A stretch of DNA of 64,000 nucleotides, taken from the NCBI RefSeq assembly GCF_009914755.1, contig NC_060933.1; one strand, given 5' to 3'. The DNA is from the human T2T-CHM13v2.0 reference genome, Homo sapiens. Position 1 is the stretch's first letter. The number at the start of each line of letters is the position of its first letter. The notes beneath the pieces were generated by a model. That model was not told the origin of the DNA and ran no database searches. It was given only the letters and a program-made list of their open reading frames with translations. Below are positions 46,120-59,813 of this stretch, in pieces. Position numbers and translations under genes: made by a program.

Positions 46120-46720
46120 TGACCTAGTGCCCACTTACAGTCACTCTCCATTCCCACCCCCAGGGCTAGGCAACTACTAATCTATTTCTATCTCTATGGA
46201 TTTGCCTTTTCGGAAAAGTTTGTACAAATGGAATTATATACCATGCGTTGCTTTGTGTCTGACATCTTTCACTAATCATAATGTTTTTGAGGTTCCTCCA
46301 TGTTGCACATGTACTAATACTTTGTTAATTTTTATTGCCAAATAGTATTTCACTGCATGGTTATAACATATTTTGTTTATTCATTTATCAGTTGATAGAC
46401 ATTTGGATTGTCTCAACTTTTTGGCTATTGTGAGTAATACTATTATGAACATGTGTGTTCAAGTTCTTATGTGCATATATGTTTTCACTTCTCATGGGTA
46501 GATACTTAGGAGCAGAATTTCTGGGTCATATAGTAACTCTATTTTGTAAGAAGCTACAAAACTGTTTACCAAAATGGATGCCTCTCCTTATTTTATACTC
46601 TATTTTTATTTTGAATTATTTTAAAGTAAATTATAGTCCTCAAGATATACCATGTAGCCAAAAAGCATTATCCCACTTAACAAATTGTCAATAATGCTTA
46701 TTATCACAAATTCAGATTTC
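46120..46720 (-). mobile_element. Old L1M 3'-region fragments
   Basis: GGCAACTACTAATCTATTTCTATCTCTATGGATTTGCCT and related text. Confidence 0.7.
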
Positions 46721-48109
46721 CACTACGGTTTCCTGAAGATATGAACATTTGAGTCACTGGAAAGTAACACATCTCTCTGAAGATCAGTGAAGTGGCTTTC
46801 TGGTTTATATATCAGCCTCCTGTGAGTTTCGTTAGTCTGACCAAGTGAATGAACGATTTGACTGGCTGTTGGCTTGAGTCTTGGGCAGCCTGGATTTAAA
46901 AGATGAGCTGGAAATTTGGAGTGGGGACACTGGGAGGGCAAGTGCGTCAGCTGTGGGAGCCAAGCTGGATAGTGAGGTAAACTAAGGGAGTGAGGCCACC
47001 ATATCAGGCCAAGGGTAAGAATAAGAAGTGGACGCCAGGGGAGATGACAGGAACAAAGCAAATGTGCTGAGAGGTTGAGATGAGAGAACACACAGACACT
47101 GGGAGAAAGGAAGTAACTCAATCACAGTGTCCAAGAAAGAAAGGGCTTTGTCCCTATTCCTGGTTCCCACAATGAGGGATTTTTCCTAATGCAATCTTGG
47201 CTTCTCCGTACTCTGAGGTGAGTTACTTATCTAGCTGGTAAATTTGGGAGAATAACTGGGTGTGCCTGGCTTGTTCTTCCTCCTGGAAGTGAAAGAAACA
47301 GGAAGTAGCCTGTCCCTTCACATGGAAGGCATCTTCTCCTCCTCCAGGCAGGGTCTGCCCAGGTCCAGTTTTCTCAGAATGGGGTAAAGTCAACTGAATT
47401 CTGAGGTTGGAGTTGATAAAGATGCTTAGCTAATAGACTGAAAGGCACATCCTCCAGCCCCGTCTCCATCAGTAATAGAGGCGTGTTTTGGCCTCCTTTG
47501 TTCTGTTCCTCAATTTCTTCAGCACCACATGGTGAAGAGAGGTGCCATTAGTGACTGCCCTTCAAAGATGCCAATATCCAGACACCCAAGGCCAGCAATA
47601 CTTCCTGCCCTTACAATTGGTGAGATTTTCCAGTATCCTTTCAATAGTGTCCCTGGTTTAGAGTTACCTCAAATGGCTTTTTCTTCCTTGAAATAAAAGA
47701 ATCTTGGGTAGAATAAGACATTTCTCTGAAAGTTAGGCTCAAAAGATAAAATGGCAATTGGTTTAAGTTTTTATTACTAATTTGGGAGACATGATGCAGG
47801 TAGGCAGAGAAGCACTTGTCTACATACATTTTTACATTAATTTTTTTGGATTAGAAATTTTATATTGTCAAATATGTTTAATAGATAGCAGTAATGTTAA
47901 TGTGTTAATAGCAAAAAGCACCATTTCGAATGTTATCCTTCAAATATTTCTGAGCACAAAATGATTGATATTAATGAGTTAAAATAATTTCAATGGCTAT
48001 GATAGAGTATAAATTTTAAAAAGCTGTTTTTTATTTTAATTTTAGATTTTTAAGCATGCCTTTTAAATTCCAGTTTTTTTCAGATTTGCTTTTGTTATTA
48101 CTTTATTTA

Positions 48110-48325
48110 CTTTAAATTTTTTATTTTTAACTATTATGGGTATGTAATAGTTGTATATATTTATAGAGTACATGTGATATTTTGATACAGGTATACAGTG
48201 TGTAATATTCAAATCAGCGTAATTGGGATGTCCATCACCTCAAGCATTTATCATGTCTTTGTGTTAGGAATAGTCTAATTCCACTCTTTTTGCTATTTTA
48301 AAATATACAATAAATTATTGTTAAT
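48110..48325 (-). mobile_element. L1MA-type 3' end
   Basis: GTACATGTGATATTTTGATAC...TCCATCACCTCAAGCATTTATC. Confidence 0.75.
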
Positions 48326-49369
48326 TTTTACATTAACATTTATTGAAGCATCATATACATAAAGGAGCCAAACCATTGATGTACATCTGAATACATTTTC
48401 ACAAATAGAACTCACTCATTTAACCAGCACCCAGATCAGAAAGGAGATAATTTTAGACCACAGAAACCCTCCTTGTTCCCCTTATGCCAAAACTCTTCAG
48501 TCACACATATTTGTGTGACTCCAATAAATTATAGACCTCAAGATATACCATGTAGCCAAAAAGCATTTTCCATGCTCGCCAAAAAGGAGGAGGAGCCGAA
48601 CGTGCCTTCCATGTGAAGGGAGGGGCTACTTTCTGTTTCTTATAGACAGCTCACTTCCAGGAGGAAGAAACAAGGTCTGGGTTTTATCCAACATCTGGAT
48701 ACTCTTTTATTGTGTATGGTTTTTTTTTAACACTCAGAGGGTAACCTTATTTCCAAAGCTTTGGGAATACCATCACCATCGGGCCCAGGTAGCACTTACA
48801 GTAGATCAAGGTGCAACACTGTCAGAGAATTTTGGCAAATCTAGGTAGATTATATGAATTTCTTCATCAGTTATGTTTTATCCACTTTCTGTCTTTTAGA
48901 GATCTCTCAATATTTTTGCTCTACTGATGACTTTCTATTTTCCAGGGCTGTGGTGGAATTAATCTTAAAATGCACACTCACCAGATCTCTAATCCCATTT
49001 CTCAATTTTGGGAGACTGAGAAAAGGGAGGCATATGAGTTTGGGCTGCCATATTGATCCAAGCTGCAAGTTCATTTTTCATGACTATGATATCTCAGTGT
49101 ATTGATGTAATATGATTCATATAGCCAATTCATATTTTTCCATACTAAAATTAATGTTGCAATTAATATCCTTATATACGAATATTAGCATATGACTCTG
49201 ATCGTTTCTGAAGAAACCTTTTTAATGCCTATTGAGTAAAATAGGAAAATAAGTTGGTAGTTTCTGTGTTAATAGATATATTATCAAAATATATACGATA
49301 GCAAATATATTATCTAAAGGCCAAATATGCTACAGTACTAATATGTTTAGTACACGAGAATTTTAATCA

Positions 49370-49670
49370 GGTTATGGCAAGATGTCAGTCAAAGGACACA
49401 AAATTTCTGTTGAGAAGAATAAGGTCAAGAGATCTTTAGTACATCACAGTGACTACAGTTAATAATAAATATGATGCCTGAAAAGATACAACATATTGAT
49501 AAGGGAATAGATATTAAGTGTCCTCACCCCCAAAAAATGTTAAGTATGGGAGGTAACACATACACAAAATACTTGATTTTTCCATTTCATAATATCAAAA
49601 CATCATGTTGTATACCATAAATATACATAATTTTTGTCAATTAAAAAATAATTTTTTGAAAAAAAAACAA
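49370..49670 (+). mobile_element. L1MA-type 3' end
   Basis: GTGACTACAGTTAATAATA...CAAAACATCATGTTGTATACCATAAATATA then A-rich tail. Confidence 0.75.
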
Positions 49671-49955
49671 ATCAATCTTTTGGGGGATCAAACCACATCA
49701 GAACTCTCTATTTCCAACTCTTCGTGATTCCTTACAGTCTATTTCCTTGCCCTTTCTTTATTCCTGTCCCAAACATACAGAATCAAAAGAGAGACAACAT
49801 GGGGAAAGATCTAAACTGTTGAATATGCTCAGTTCTCGAGAGCAAATGGATGTTTGGCTGGAACCACTCAGATACCTAAAAGGCTTTTATATTCAGAACC
49901 CTAAATTTAAAACCCTTAACTTGCACCATCTTTCATTTTTAACTTAAGATTTGTG

Positions 49956-50113
49956 AAAATTAGCCAGGCATGGTGGTGTGCACCTGTAGTTCTAGCTACT
50001 CAGGCGGCTGAGGTGGAATGATTGCTTGAGCCTGGGAGATTGAGGCTGCAGTGAGCCCACCACTCCATTCCAGCCCAGGCAACAGTATAAGACACTGTCT
50101 CAAACAAATAAAC
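49956..50113 (+). mobile_element. AluJ right arm (left arm is apparently at 53221-53346 on the minus strand)
   Basis: Starts AAAATTAGCCAGGC; GATTGCTTGAGCCTGGGAG..GAGGCTGCAGTGAGC J-type. Confidence 0.8.
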
Positions 50114-50117
50114 AAGA

Positions 50118-50161
<44 letters not shown>

Positions 50162-50266
50162 AGGAGGAGGAGGAGGAAGAGGAGGAGGAGGAGGAGAGAA
50201 AAGAAAAGAAAGAAAGAGAGAGAGAGAAGAAAAGAAAAGAAAGAAAAGAAAAAAAGAAAAGAAAGA

Positions 50267-50546
<280 letters not shown>

Positions 50547-50642
50547 AAGAAAGAAAGAAAGAGAGAAAGAAAGAAAAGGAAAGAAAGAGAGAGAAAGAAA
50601 GAAGAAAGAAAGAAAGAAAGAAAGAAAGAAGAAAGAGAAAGT

Positions 50643-50686
<44 letters not shown>

Positions 50687-50737
50687 AAAGAAAGAAAGAG
50701 AAAGAAAGGAAGGAAGGAAGAAAATAAAAGAAAAGGA
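50547..50737. repeat. (GAAA)n-rich polypurine tract (a second tract lies at 50114-50266)
   Basis: Direct reading; about 11 pure AAGA units at 50643-50686. Confidence 0.92.
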
Positions 50738-51595
50738 ATCTGAACAGACAAATAATAAAAGTAAGTGGAATGACTAAGTAATCAAAAACCTCCATGAAAG
50801 AAAAGCCCAGGACCTGATGACTTCACTGGTGCATTCTACCAAACACTTAAAGACAAATTAATGCCAATCAAATTAGTACATTGAAGAGATATCTGCAACC
50901 CCATGTTCTTTACAGCTCTATTCACAATAGCCAAGATTTGGAATGAAGTTGAGTCTGTTGATAGATGAATGGATAAAGAAAATGTGGTAAATATACACAA
51001 TGGAACATTATTTGGCCATATTAAAGAATAAAACCCTGTCATTTGCAGCAACATGGATGAAACTGCAGGTCATTATGTAAGTGAAATAAGCTAGGCACAG
51101 ACAGACAAATAACACATGTTCTTACTCATATGTAGGAGCTTAAAAAGTGGATTACATGGAGGTGGAGAGTATAATGGTGGTTTACTAGAGGCAAGGAAGG
51201 GAAATGGGAGGGAAGGGATAAAGAGAAGTTGGTTAATTGGGTACAAAATCACAGGAAAAAATAAGTTTTAGTGTTTGATGGTACAGTAGGGAAATTGTAG
51301 TTAAAAATTATTTATTATATATTTCAAAATAGCTGGAAGAAAAGAAATTGCAATAGTCCTAACACAAAGAAAAAATGAGATGATGGATATTCCAATTTAC
51401 TCTGATTTGATCATTACACATTGTGTACAGGTATCAAAATATCACATGTACCTCAAAAGTATGTACAACTATAATACATCAATTAGAATACAAAAAGTAC
51501 TGATAAAAAGAATGCCCATCCTTCTGAAACACTTCCAAAAAAGTGAAGAGGAGGGAATACTTCCAAATTCCTTTTATAAGGCCACCGTTATCCTG
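50720..51595 (+). mobile_element. L1M ORF2 fragment with a nested L1MA-type 3' end (about 50870-51505)
   Basis: ORF2 text GAATCTGAACAGAC...; nested element flanked by AATGCC(A/C)ATC. Confidence 0.7.
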
Positions 51596-53220
51596 TAGTT
51601 TGTCTGTTTACTATGTTAATAGTTTATTTTGCTCTGCAGAAACTCTTCAGTTTAATTAGGTCCCATTTGTCGGTTATTGGTTTCGTTGCAATTGCTTTTG
51701 GCATCTTCATCATGAAATCTTTGCCCGTTCCTATGTCCAGAATGGCATTTCCTAAGTTATCTTTCAGGGTTTTTATAGTTTTCGGGTTTACTTTTAAGTC
51801 TTCAATCCACCTTGAGCTGATTTTTGTATATGGTGTAAGGAAGGGGTCCAGCTTCAATCTTCTGCATATGGCTAACCAGTTATTGAATATGGAATCCTTT
51901 CTCCATTGCTTGTTTCTGTGAAGTTTCAAAGATCAGATAGTTGTAGGTGTATGGCATCATTTCTGGGCTATTTTGTCCCATTGGTCTATGTGTCTGTTTT
52001 TGTACCAATGCTGTGCTGTTTTGGTTACTGTAGCCTTGAATATAGTTTGAAGTCAAGTAATGTGATGCCTCCAGGTCTGTTTTTTTTGTTTTTTTTGTTT
52101 TTTTTTTGTTTTAGCTTAAAATTGCCTTGGCTATTTAAGCTCTTTGGTAGTTTCAAATGAATTTTAAAATCATTGTTTCTACTTCTGTGAAGAATTTCAT
52201 TGGCAGTTTCAAAGGAATAGTGTTGAATCTGTACACTGCTTTAGGCAGTATGGCCATGTTAATGATGTTGATTCTTCTTATCCATGAGCATGGAATGTTT
52301 TTTAATTTGTTTGTGTCATCCCTGATTTCTCTGAGCAGTGTTTTATAATGCTTGCTGTAGAAATCTTTCACGGTCCTTGTTAGCTGTGTTTCTAGGCATT
52401 TTATTATTTTTATGTCAGTTGTGAATGGAATTTCATTCCTGATTTGGCTTTCAGCTTGGATGTTGTTTTGGTGTATAGGAATGCTACTGATTTTTATACA
52501 TTCATTTTTGTATCTGAAACTTTGCTGAAGTTGTTTATCAGATCAAGGAGCTTTTGACCAGAGACTATGGAGTTTTCTACATATAGAATCATGTCTCTGC
52601 AAATGGATAGTTTAACTTTTTTTATTTTGATGCTTTTTATTTCTTTATCTTACCTGATTGCTCTGGCCAGGACTTCCAGTACTATGTTAAATAACTGTGG
52701 TGAGAGAGGGCATCCTTGCCTTTTTCTGATTTTTAAGGGGAATGCTTCCAGCTTTTGCCCATTCAGTATGATGTTGGCTATGGATTTGTCATAGATGGCT
52801 CTTGTTTCTGAAGTTTGTTCGTTCAGTGCCTAGTTTATTGAGGGTTTTTAACATGAAGAGATGTGGAATTTTATCAAAAGTCTTTCCGGCATCTATTGAG
52901 ATAATCATGCGGTTTTTGTTTTTAGTTCTGTTTATGTGATGAATCACATTTATTGATTTGTGTGTGTTCAACCAACTTTGTATCCCAGGGATAAAACTTA
53001 CTCGATTGTAGGGGGTTGGCTTTTTGATATGCTGCTAGATTTGGTTCGCTAGTATTTTGTTGAGGATTTTTGCATCTATGTTCATCAAGGATATCGGCCT
53101 GAAGTTTTCTTTTTCTGTTGGGTCTCTGCCAGGCTTTGTTATCAGAATGATGCTGGCCTCATAGAATGGGTTGAGTAGGAGCCCCTCCTCCTCAACTTTT
53201 TGGAATCCTTCAGCAGGAAT
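51596..53220 (-). mobile_element. Internal L1 (L1PA/PB-type) ORF2 fragment without 3' end
   Basis: Minus ORFs [32 protein letters not shown] and [16 protein letters not shown] are homologous to ORF2. Confidence 0.85.
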
Positions 53221-53346
53221 GGCTAATTTTTTTTTTTGTGGAAAACAGTGTGTTGCTATATTGACCAGGCTGGTCTCAAACTCTTGGACTCAAGCAATCC
53301 TCCTGCCTTGGCCTCTCAAAGTGCTGGGATTGCAAGCACGAGCCTG
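53221..53346 (-). mobile_element. AluJ left arm plus linker
   Basis: Minus strand GGAGGATTGCTTGAGTCC...(A)nTTAGCC, then an abrupt switch to L1. Confidence 0.8.
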
Positions 53347-56050
53347 TCCGGTAGGTTGTATGTTTCTAGAGATTTATTCATTTCTTTCAGGTCATCCAAT
53401 TTGTTGGCATACAACTGTTCATGGTAGGCTCTTATGACCCTTTGTATTTCTGTGGGCATCAGTTTTAATATTCCTCTTTCATTGATAATTTTATTTATCT
53501 GATTCTTCTCTTCTTACTTAGTAGTCTACCTAAAGGTTTGTCAATTTTGTTTATCTTTTCAAAAAAACCCAACTCTTAGTTTTGTTCATCTTTTGTGTTG
53601 TTTTTCTAGTCTCTAATTTATTTCTTTTCTTTACTATTTCTTTCCTTTTGCTAACTTTAGACTTAATTTGTTAATTTTCTTTGACATGTAAAGTTTGGTT
53701 GTTTATTTGAGATCTTTATTTTTTCTTAATGTAGGCACTTATCTATAAAATTCACTTTCAGCACTGCTTTTGCTGCATGCCATAAATTTTGGCATGTGTG
53801 TTATTTTTGTCTCAAGATACTTTTTGACTTCCCTTTATTTTTGTTTGTTTTTGTTTTGTTTTGTTTTTGAGACAAGGTCTCACTCTGTTGCCCAGGCTGG
53901 AGTACAGTGGTGCAATCTTGGCTCACCGTAACTTCCCAGGCTCAAGCAATCTTCCCCAGCTCAAGCAATCCTCTCGCCTCAGCCTCCCAAAGTAGGTGAG
54001 ACTACAGGCACGTGCTACCTGTAGAGACAGGGTTTTACCATGTTGCCCAGGCTGGTCTCAAATTCCTAAGCCCAAGCCATCCGCCCACCTTGGCCTCCCA
54101 AAGTGCTAGGAATTACAGGTGTGAGCCACCACACCCGGTCCTAACTTCTCTCTTGATTTCTTCTTTGATCCATTCTATTCAAGAGCACATGGTTTAATTT
54201 CCATGTATTTATGGATTTTCTAACTTTCCTTCTGTTACTGATATCTAGTTTCACATCACTGTGGCTCGAAAAGATATCTCATATGATTTCAGTCTTCTTA
54301 AGTTTGTTAAGATTTGTTTTGTGGCTTGGTATGATATATCCTGGAGAATGTTCCACATGTACTTGAGATGAATGTGTGTTTTGCTGCTGTTGGATGGAAA
54401 GATCTATATATGTCTGTTAGGTCTATTTGGTCTATAATGTTGTTCAAGTCTGCTGATTCTTTTTTGATTTTTTTTGTCTGGATAATATATCCATTGTTGA
54501 AAATGGGGTATTAAAGACTCTTACTATTATTGTATTGCTATGTATTTCTCCTTTCACTTGTGTTAATATTTGCTTTATATATTTAGATTCTCCAATGTTG
54601 GGTGCATATGTATTTACAATTGTTATACCCTCTTGATGAATTGACCTTTTTATTTGTCTCTTCTGACAAATTTCAAAATAGACTGAAAGTCTATTTTGTA
54701 TGATATAAGTATAGCCACCTCTGCTCTCTTTTTGTTACCATGTGCATGGGACATCTTTTTCTCTCTCTTTACTTTCAGCCTATATGTGTCCTTAAAGCTA
54801 AAATGAGTCTCTTGTAGGCATCATATATTTGGATTTTGGTGAGATTTTTTTTTTCTAATCCATTCAGCCACTCTATGCCTTTCGATTGGAGAATTTAATC
54901 TATTTACATTTAAAGTAATTATTAATAGGTAAGGACTTACTGTTGTCATTTTGTTTATTGTCTTCTGTTTTATAGTTTCTTTCTTTATTCCTTTCTTGCT
55001 GTCTTCCCTTGTGGTTTGATAATTTTTTGTGATAGTGTGTTTCAGTTTCCTTCTCTTTATCTTTGATTATCCACTACAGATATTGTTTTCTTTGTAACTA
55101 CCATAAGGCTTACATAAAACAGCTTATAGTTATAATAGTCTATTTTAACCTGATAGCAACTTAAATTCGATCACATACAAAAACTATACTTTTACTCCAC
55201 CCTCAATATTTTATGTTAATGTTGTCACAATTTGCATCTCATTTCTTAATATTCTGTATCCACTAATAAGTTACTGTAGCTATAATTATTTTTAATACTT
55301 TTGTCCTTTAACTTTCACATTAGAATTAAAAGTGATTTATACACCACCATTATAATATTTGAGTTGTCTGGATCTGACTATATATTTTTTTACTAGTAAG
55401 TTTTATACTTTCATATTTTTTCATGTTTCATCCTTTTATTTCAACTTGAAGAATTCCCTTTAGCATTTCTTACAAGGCAGGTCTAGTGGTAATGAATTCC
55501 CTCAGTTTTTGTTTGTCTGGGAAAGTCTTTATCTGTCCTTAATTTCTGAAGAGCTTTGCTGGTTAAAGCATTTTTGATTGGCAGGGTGTTTTTTTTAATC
55601 CAGCACTTTGAATATATCATCCCACTCTCTACTGGCCTGCAAGTTCTTGCTAAGAAATCTGCTGATAGTCTTTTGCAGGTTCTCTTGTACGTGATGAATC
55701 ACTTTTCTCCTGCTGCTTTGAAATTCTCATCTTCAACTTTTGACAATTTGATTATAATGTGTCTTGGCAATGATTTATTTATGTTCAATCTAATTGGAGT
55801 TCTCTGGGCTTCATGAATCTGGATATTCATTTCCCTCCCCAGATTTGAGGAGTTTTTCTATCATTATTTCTTTAAATAAGCTTTCTGCTCCCTTCTCTTT
55901 CTCTGCTCCTTCGTGTACTCCTATAATGCATGTATTGATTAATTTGATGGTGTCCTATAAGTACCATAGACTTTCTTTATTCTTTTTCATTCCTTTTCTT
56001 TTTGTTCTTCAGGGTGACTAATTTCAAATGACCTATATTTAAGCTGGTCG
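53347..56050 (-). mobile_element. L1M ORF1-end/ORF2 region, interrupted by an Alu (about 53835-54140)
   Basis: Long antisense degenerate L1 text. Confidence 0.75.
53835..54140 (-). mobile_element. AluJ-like, internally rearranged
   Basis: Duplicated GCTCAAGCAATC; middle linker missing. Confidence 0.8.
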
Positions 56051-56078
56051 ATACTTTAAAATGTATATGCCAATAGAA

Positions 56079-56250
56079 GCCACCCATGGTGGCACACACC
56101 TGTAGTCCTAGCTATTTGGGAGTCTGAGACAGGAAGATCACTTGATCCCAGGAGTTTGATACTGTAAAACACTGTGATCATGCCTGTGAATAGACACTAC
56201 ACTCCAGCCTGGACAACAGAGCAAGACCCCCGTCTCTCTTTTTAAAAAGG
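56079..56250 (+). mobile_element. FAM (fossil Alu monomer)
   Basis: GCCTGTGAATAG.CACT.CACTCCAGCCTGG FAM/7SL-type segment; TSD TGCCAATAGA. Confidence 0.75.
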
Positions 56251-56374
56251 TGCCAATAGAGAAGCTGGAGGCACTAAGAAACATGGAACAGTCAAAGGAA
56301 TTTTCACTACTTTCTAATTCCTATTCAAAGCAATGCCAGGCATCATTCAGATATTATCTAAGTAATTAATAGAT

Positions 56375-56812
56375 AATATGGTTAATTTTATATGTCAAAT
56401 TGGCTAGGACACAGTGCCCAAATATTGGTCAGGCATTACTGTGAATGTTTGGCAAGAGTGTTTTTCGACGATTTTACATTTAAATCACAGGACTTTGAGT
56501 AAAGCAGATTACCCTCCATAATGTGAATGGCCCTCATCCACTTATGTGAAGGCCTGAATAGAACAAAAGGCTGACCTCCCCCAGGGCAAAAGGGAATTCT
56601 CCAGCAGACTGCCTTCAGATTTTATCTGCAACATCTGCTCTTCCTGGTTCCACAGCAGACTGCCTTTGGACTCGAACTGCAGCTCCCTCTCTCCCTCTTG
56701 AGTCTCCAGCCTGCTGGCTTCCCCAACTTATTTTGGAATCACACAGTTTCCACAATCACATAGCCAATTTTTAAAAATATACCTGTTTCTTTGGAGAACC
56801 CTGACTAATACA
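56375..56812 (+). mobile_element. MLT2 (ERVL) LTR
   Basis: ATGGTTAATTTTATATGTCAA...GGAGAACCCTGACTAATACA. Confidence 0.8.
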
Positions 56813-57135
56813 TTACCCTGCATGCCTTCCTACCTTCCTCCAAAGTTGGGAATTGTTCACTGCCCAGTTGGGCTCCCAGACAAGCAAGGTTCACTTGGTG
56901 GGTAAGGCAGATGAAGGGTGCATGTCCCTAACCCATAGTCAAGCTTCTTGGTCATTTCAGAAGTAATGGACTGTTTCAAAAGGAGACCATTGTATAATCC
57001 TTTTTATTTACTCCCCTGAAGCAGAAATTGTAAACCCATGACTATATCCAATTATAACTCTCATTCAGAATATTAAAACTTGTTTTTCTTTGTTCTTTAG
57101 TGAAAACACAGGCAATGTCCCAGCACAATTCCTAA

Positions 57136-57891
<756 letters not shown>

Positions 57892-58619
57892 TCAAGAACA
57901 GTAGACAACAGTCACAATATTTTAATTTTATCTTTCTCTGGGGGCAAGGGGTGGAGAATGGTCCTAATGTCATCCCAAAACAAGATCTTTTTTCCAAAAT
58001 AGTCAATCTTCTCAACACCATTGGGTCTGTAATGCTTCCTTTATCTTGAACTAAATTCTAATAAATACATAGTACTATTTCCAACATCTCCCTTCTACTC
58101 TATTGATAAGTGTGACTTTTTTTGCACCATACCAGACAGCTTTAATTATTGTAGTGATTAAATTTAGTTTCACAGGTGGTTAATAAAGCCCTGACTTTAT
58201 TGCTTTTCTCTCTCAAACCATTTTTACTATTTATATGTGTGATTTCCCAGATGAACTTTAAAAGTCATTTTTTCAAGGTCCAAGAAAATTTCCATTTGGG
58301 ATTTTAATTGGACTTGTGCTAAACATATAAATTAAATGGGGAAGAGTTGGAATCTTTAGCATAGTCAGTCTTTCCACTAATAAATATGCCATTTATTCCA
58401 TTTTTATTTAATGTAGCTCAATAAAACCTCCTAGTTTTCTAGGCTTCAGCTCTATACATTTCTTGTTGATACTCTCCTTTAGCAGAGCATATTATGCTTA
58501 TAATTTGTCTTGTTATGAGATATGCCCCCAATCCCTATATGAAATTTGGAGCTATGGATTCTGCTCTCAAAGAGTTTAAACTCTAGAAGGATGTTAAGTA
58601 GCAGAATATACACCAGGTA

Positions 58620-59151
58620 CATCTTCAGTTGACAGCTCAGCCACCAGAAAATCACTCCACTCTTTTCCTCTGGCCACTACTTCCTTCCTATCCTATTGTT
58701 ACGATAAAGGAGTTCCTGGCAGCTCTGTCACCTAACAGCTGACTGGACTGTGAATGGGCACCTGTCCCAAAATGATACAATGAATTCTTTCCCTGGGACT
58801 TTAAAATTAAGAGATCACCACCTCGTCTGCCTCTAGGTGACCAGATTGGTAACATGGACACACTGGAGCTACTGGTGCCATGCTTTTCCACATGGATACC
58901 AGATAAAGGGAAGAAATGAATCTGTACAAAGAAAGAGACCAACAAAGTAGACACAGAGAGAAGAGAAGTAAGCATCTGAGAGAAATACCCAGCAATGTTT
59001 GAGTCTCCAATTTTGACTCTTTTCAGACGTTCAGCTACATTCCTGCCCTTGAGCTCTCAGAAAAGTCCCAAAAAAAGGCCTCTTTTTTTTTTTTCTGACT
59101 CAGGCTAGCTGTAGTTTATGTTACTACAACCAAAAGAGCATTCCTAATACA
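58620..59151 (+). mobile_element. MLT1J/K-like LTR
   Basis: Ends GTTACTACAACCAAAAGAGCATTCCTAATACA. Confidence 0.5.
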
Positions 59152-59533
59152 GAGAGAAGGTAGGCAGGATCCATGTTTCATGGGTTTTCAGGCTCCAGAC
59201 CTAAAAATTCAAACCCAGAAGAGACAGAAAGGCTAGAAGAGGGCAGACAGACATTGGGAAAAGTCTAGAGAAGAAACAGGCTAAAACAGCCCCAGGCTTT
59301 ATTTGGCCATCACATTTACTGTACCTCCAGGTCTGTCTGCTCCTTCCATCACACTAGGAAAGGACTGAGCCCACACCAGGGAGGAAGACATTGATGTTAG
59401 ATGAGTCTTCAGCAGAAAGTGAAACATCTTTCAGTCTCAGAGAAAACAACTACAGAATTTGTATGGTACTAGACAAAAATTTCCATCTTTAGCCTTCAAA
59501 GTTTCAGAAGTTCCAAAAACTCTACTATCCTTT

Positions 59534-59813
59534 GAGATGGAGTCTCCTTCTATCACCCAGGCTGGAGTGCAATGGCTCAATCTTGGCTCGCTGCAACTTC
59601 CATCTCCAGGCTCAAGCAATTCTCCAGCCTCAACCTCCCAAGTAGCTGAGACTACAGGCACATGCCACCACACCTGCTAATTTTTGTATTTTTTGTAGAG
59701 ATGGGGTTTCACCATGTTGGCCAGGCTGGTCTTGAACTCCTGACCTCAGGTGATTTGCCCACCTCGGCCTCCCAAGGTGCTGGAATTATGGGCGTGAGCC
59801 ACCAGGCCTGGTC
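59534..59813 (-). mobile_element. Alu (AluS-type) with essentially no poly(A) tail
   Basis: TSD TCTACTATCCTTT / TCTATTATCCCTTT directly abuts the Alu body. Confidence 0.9.
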
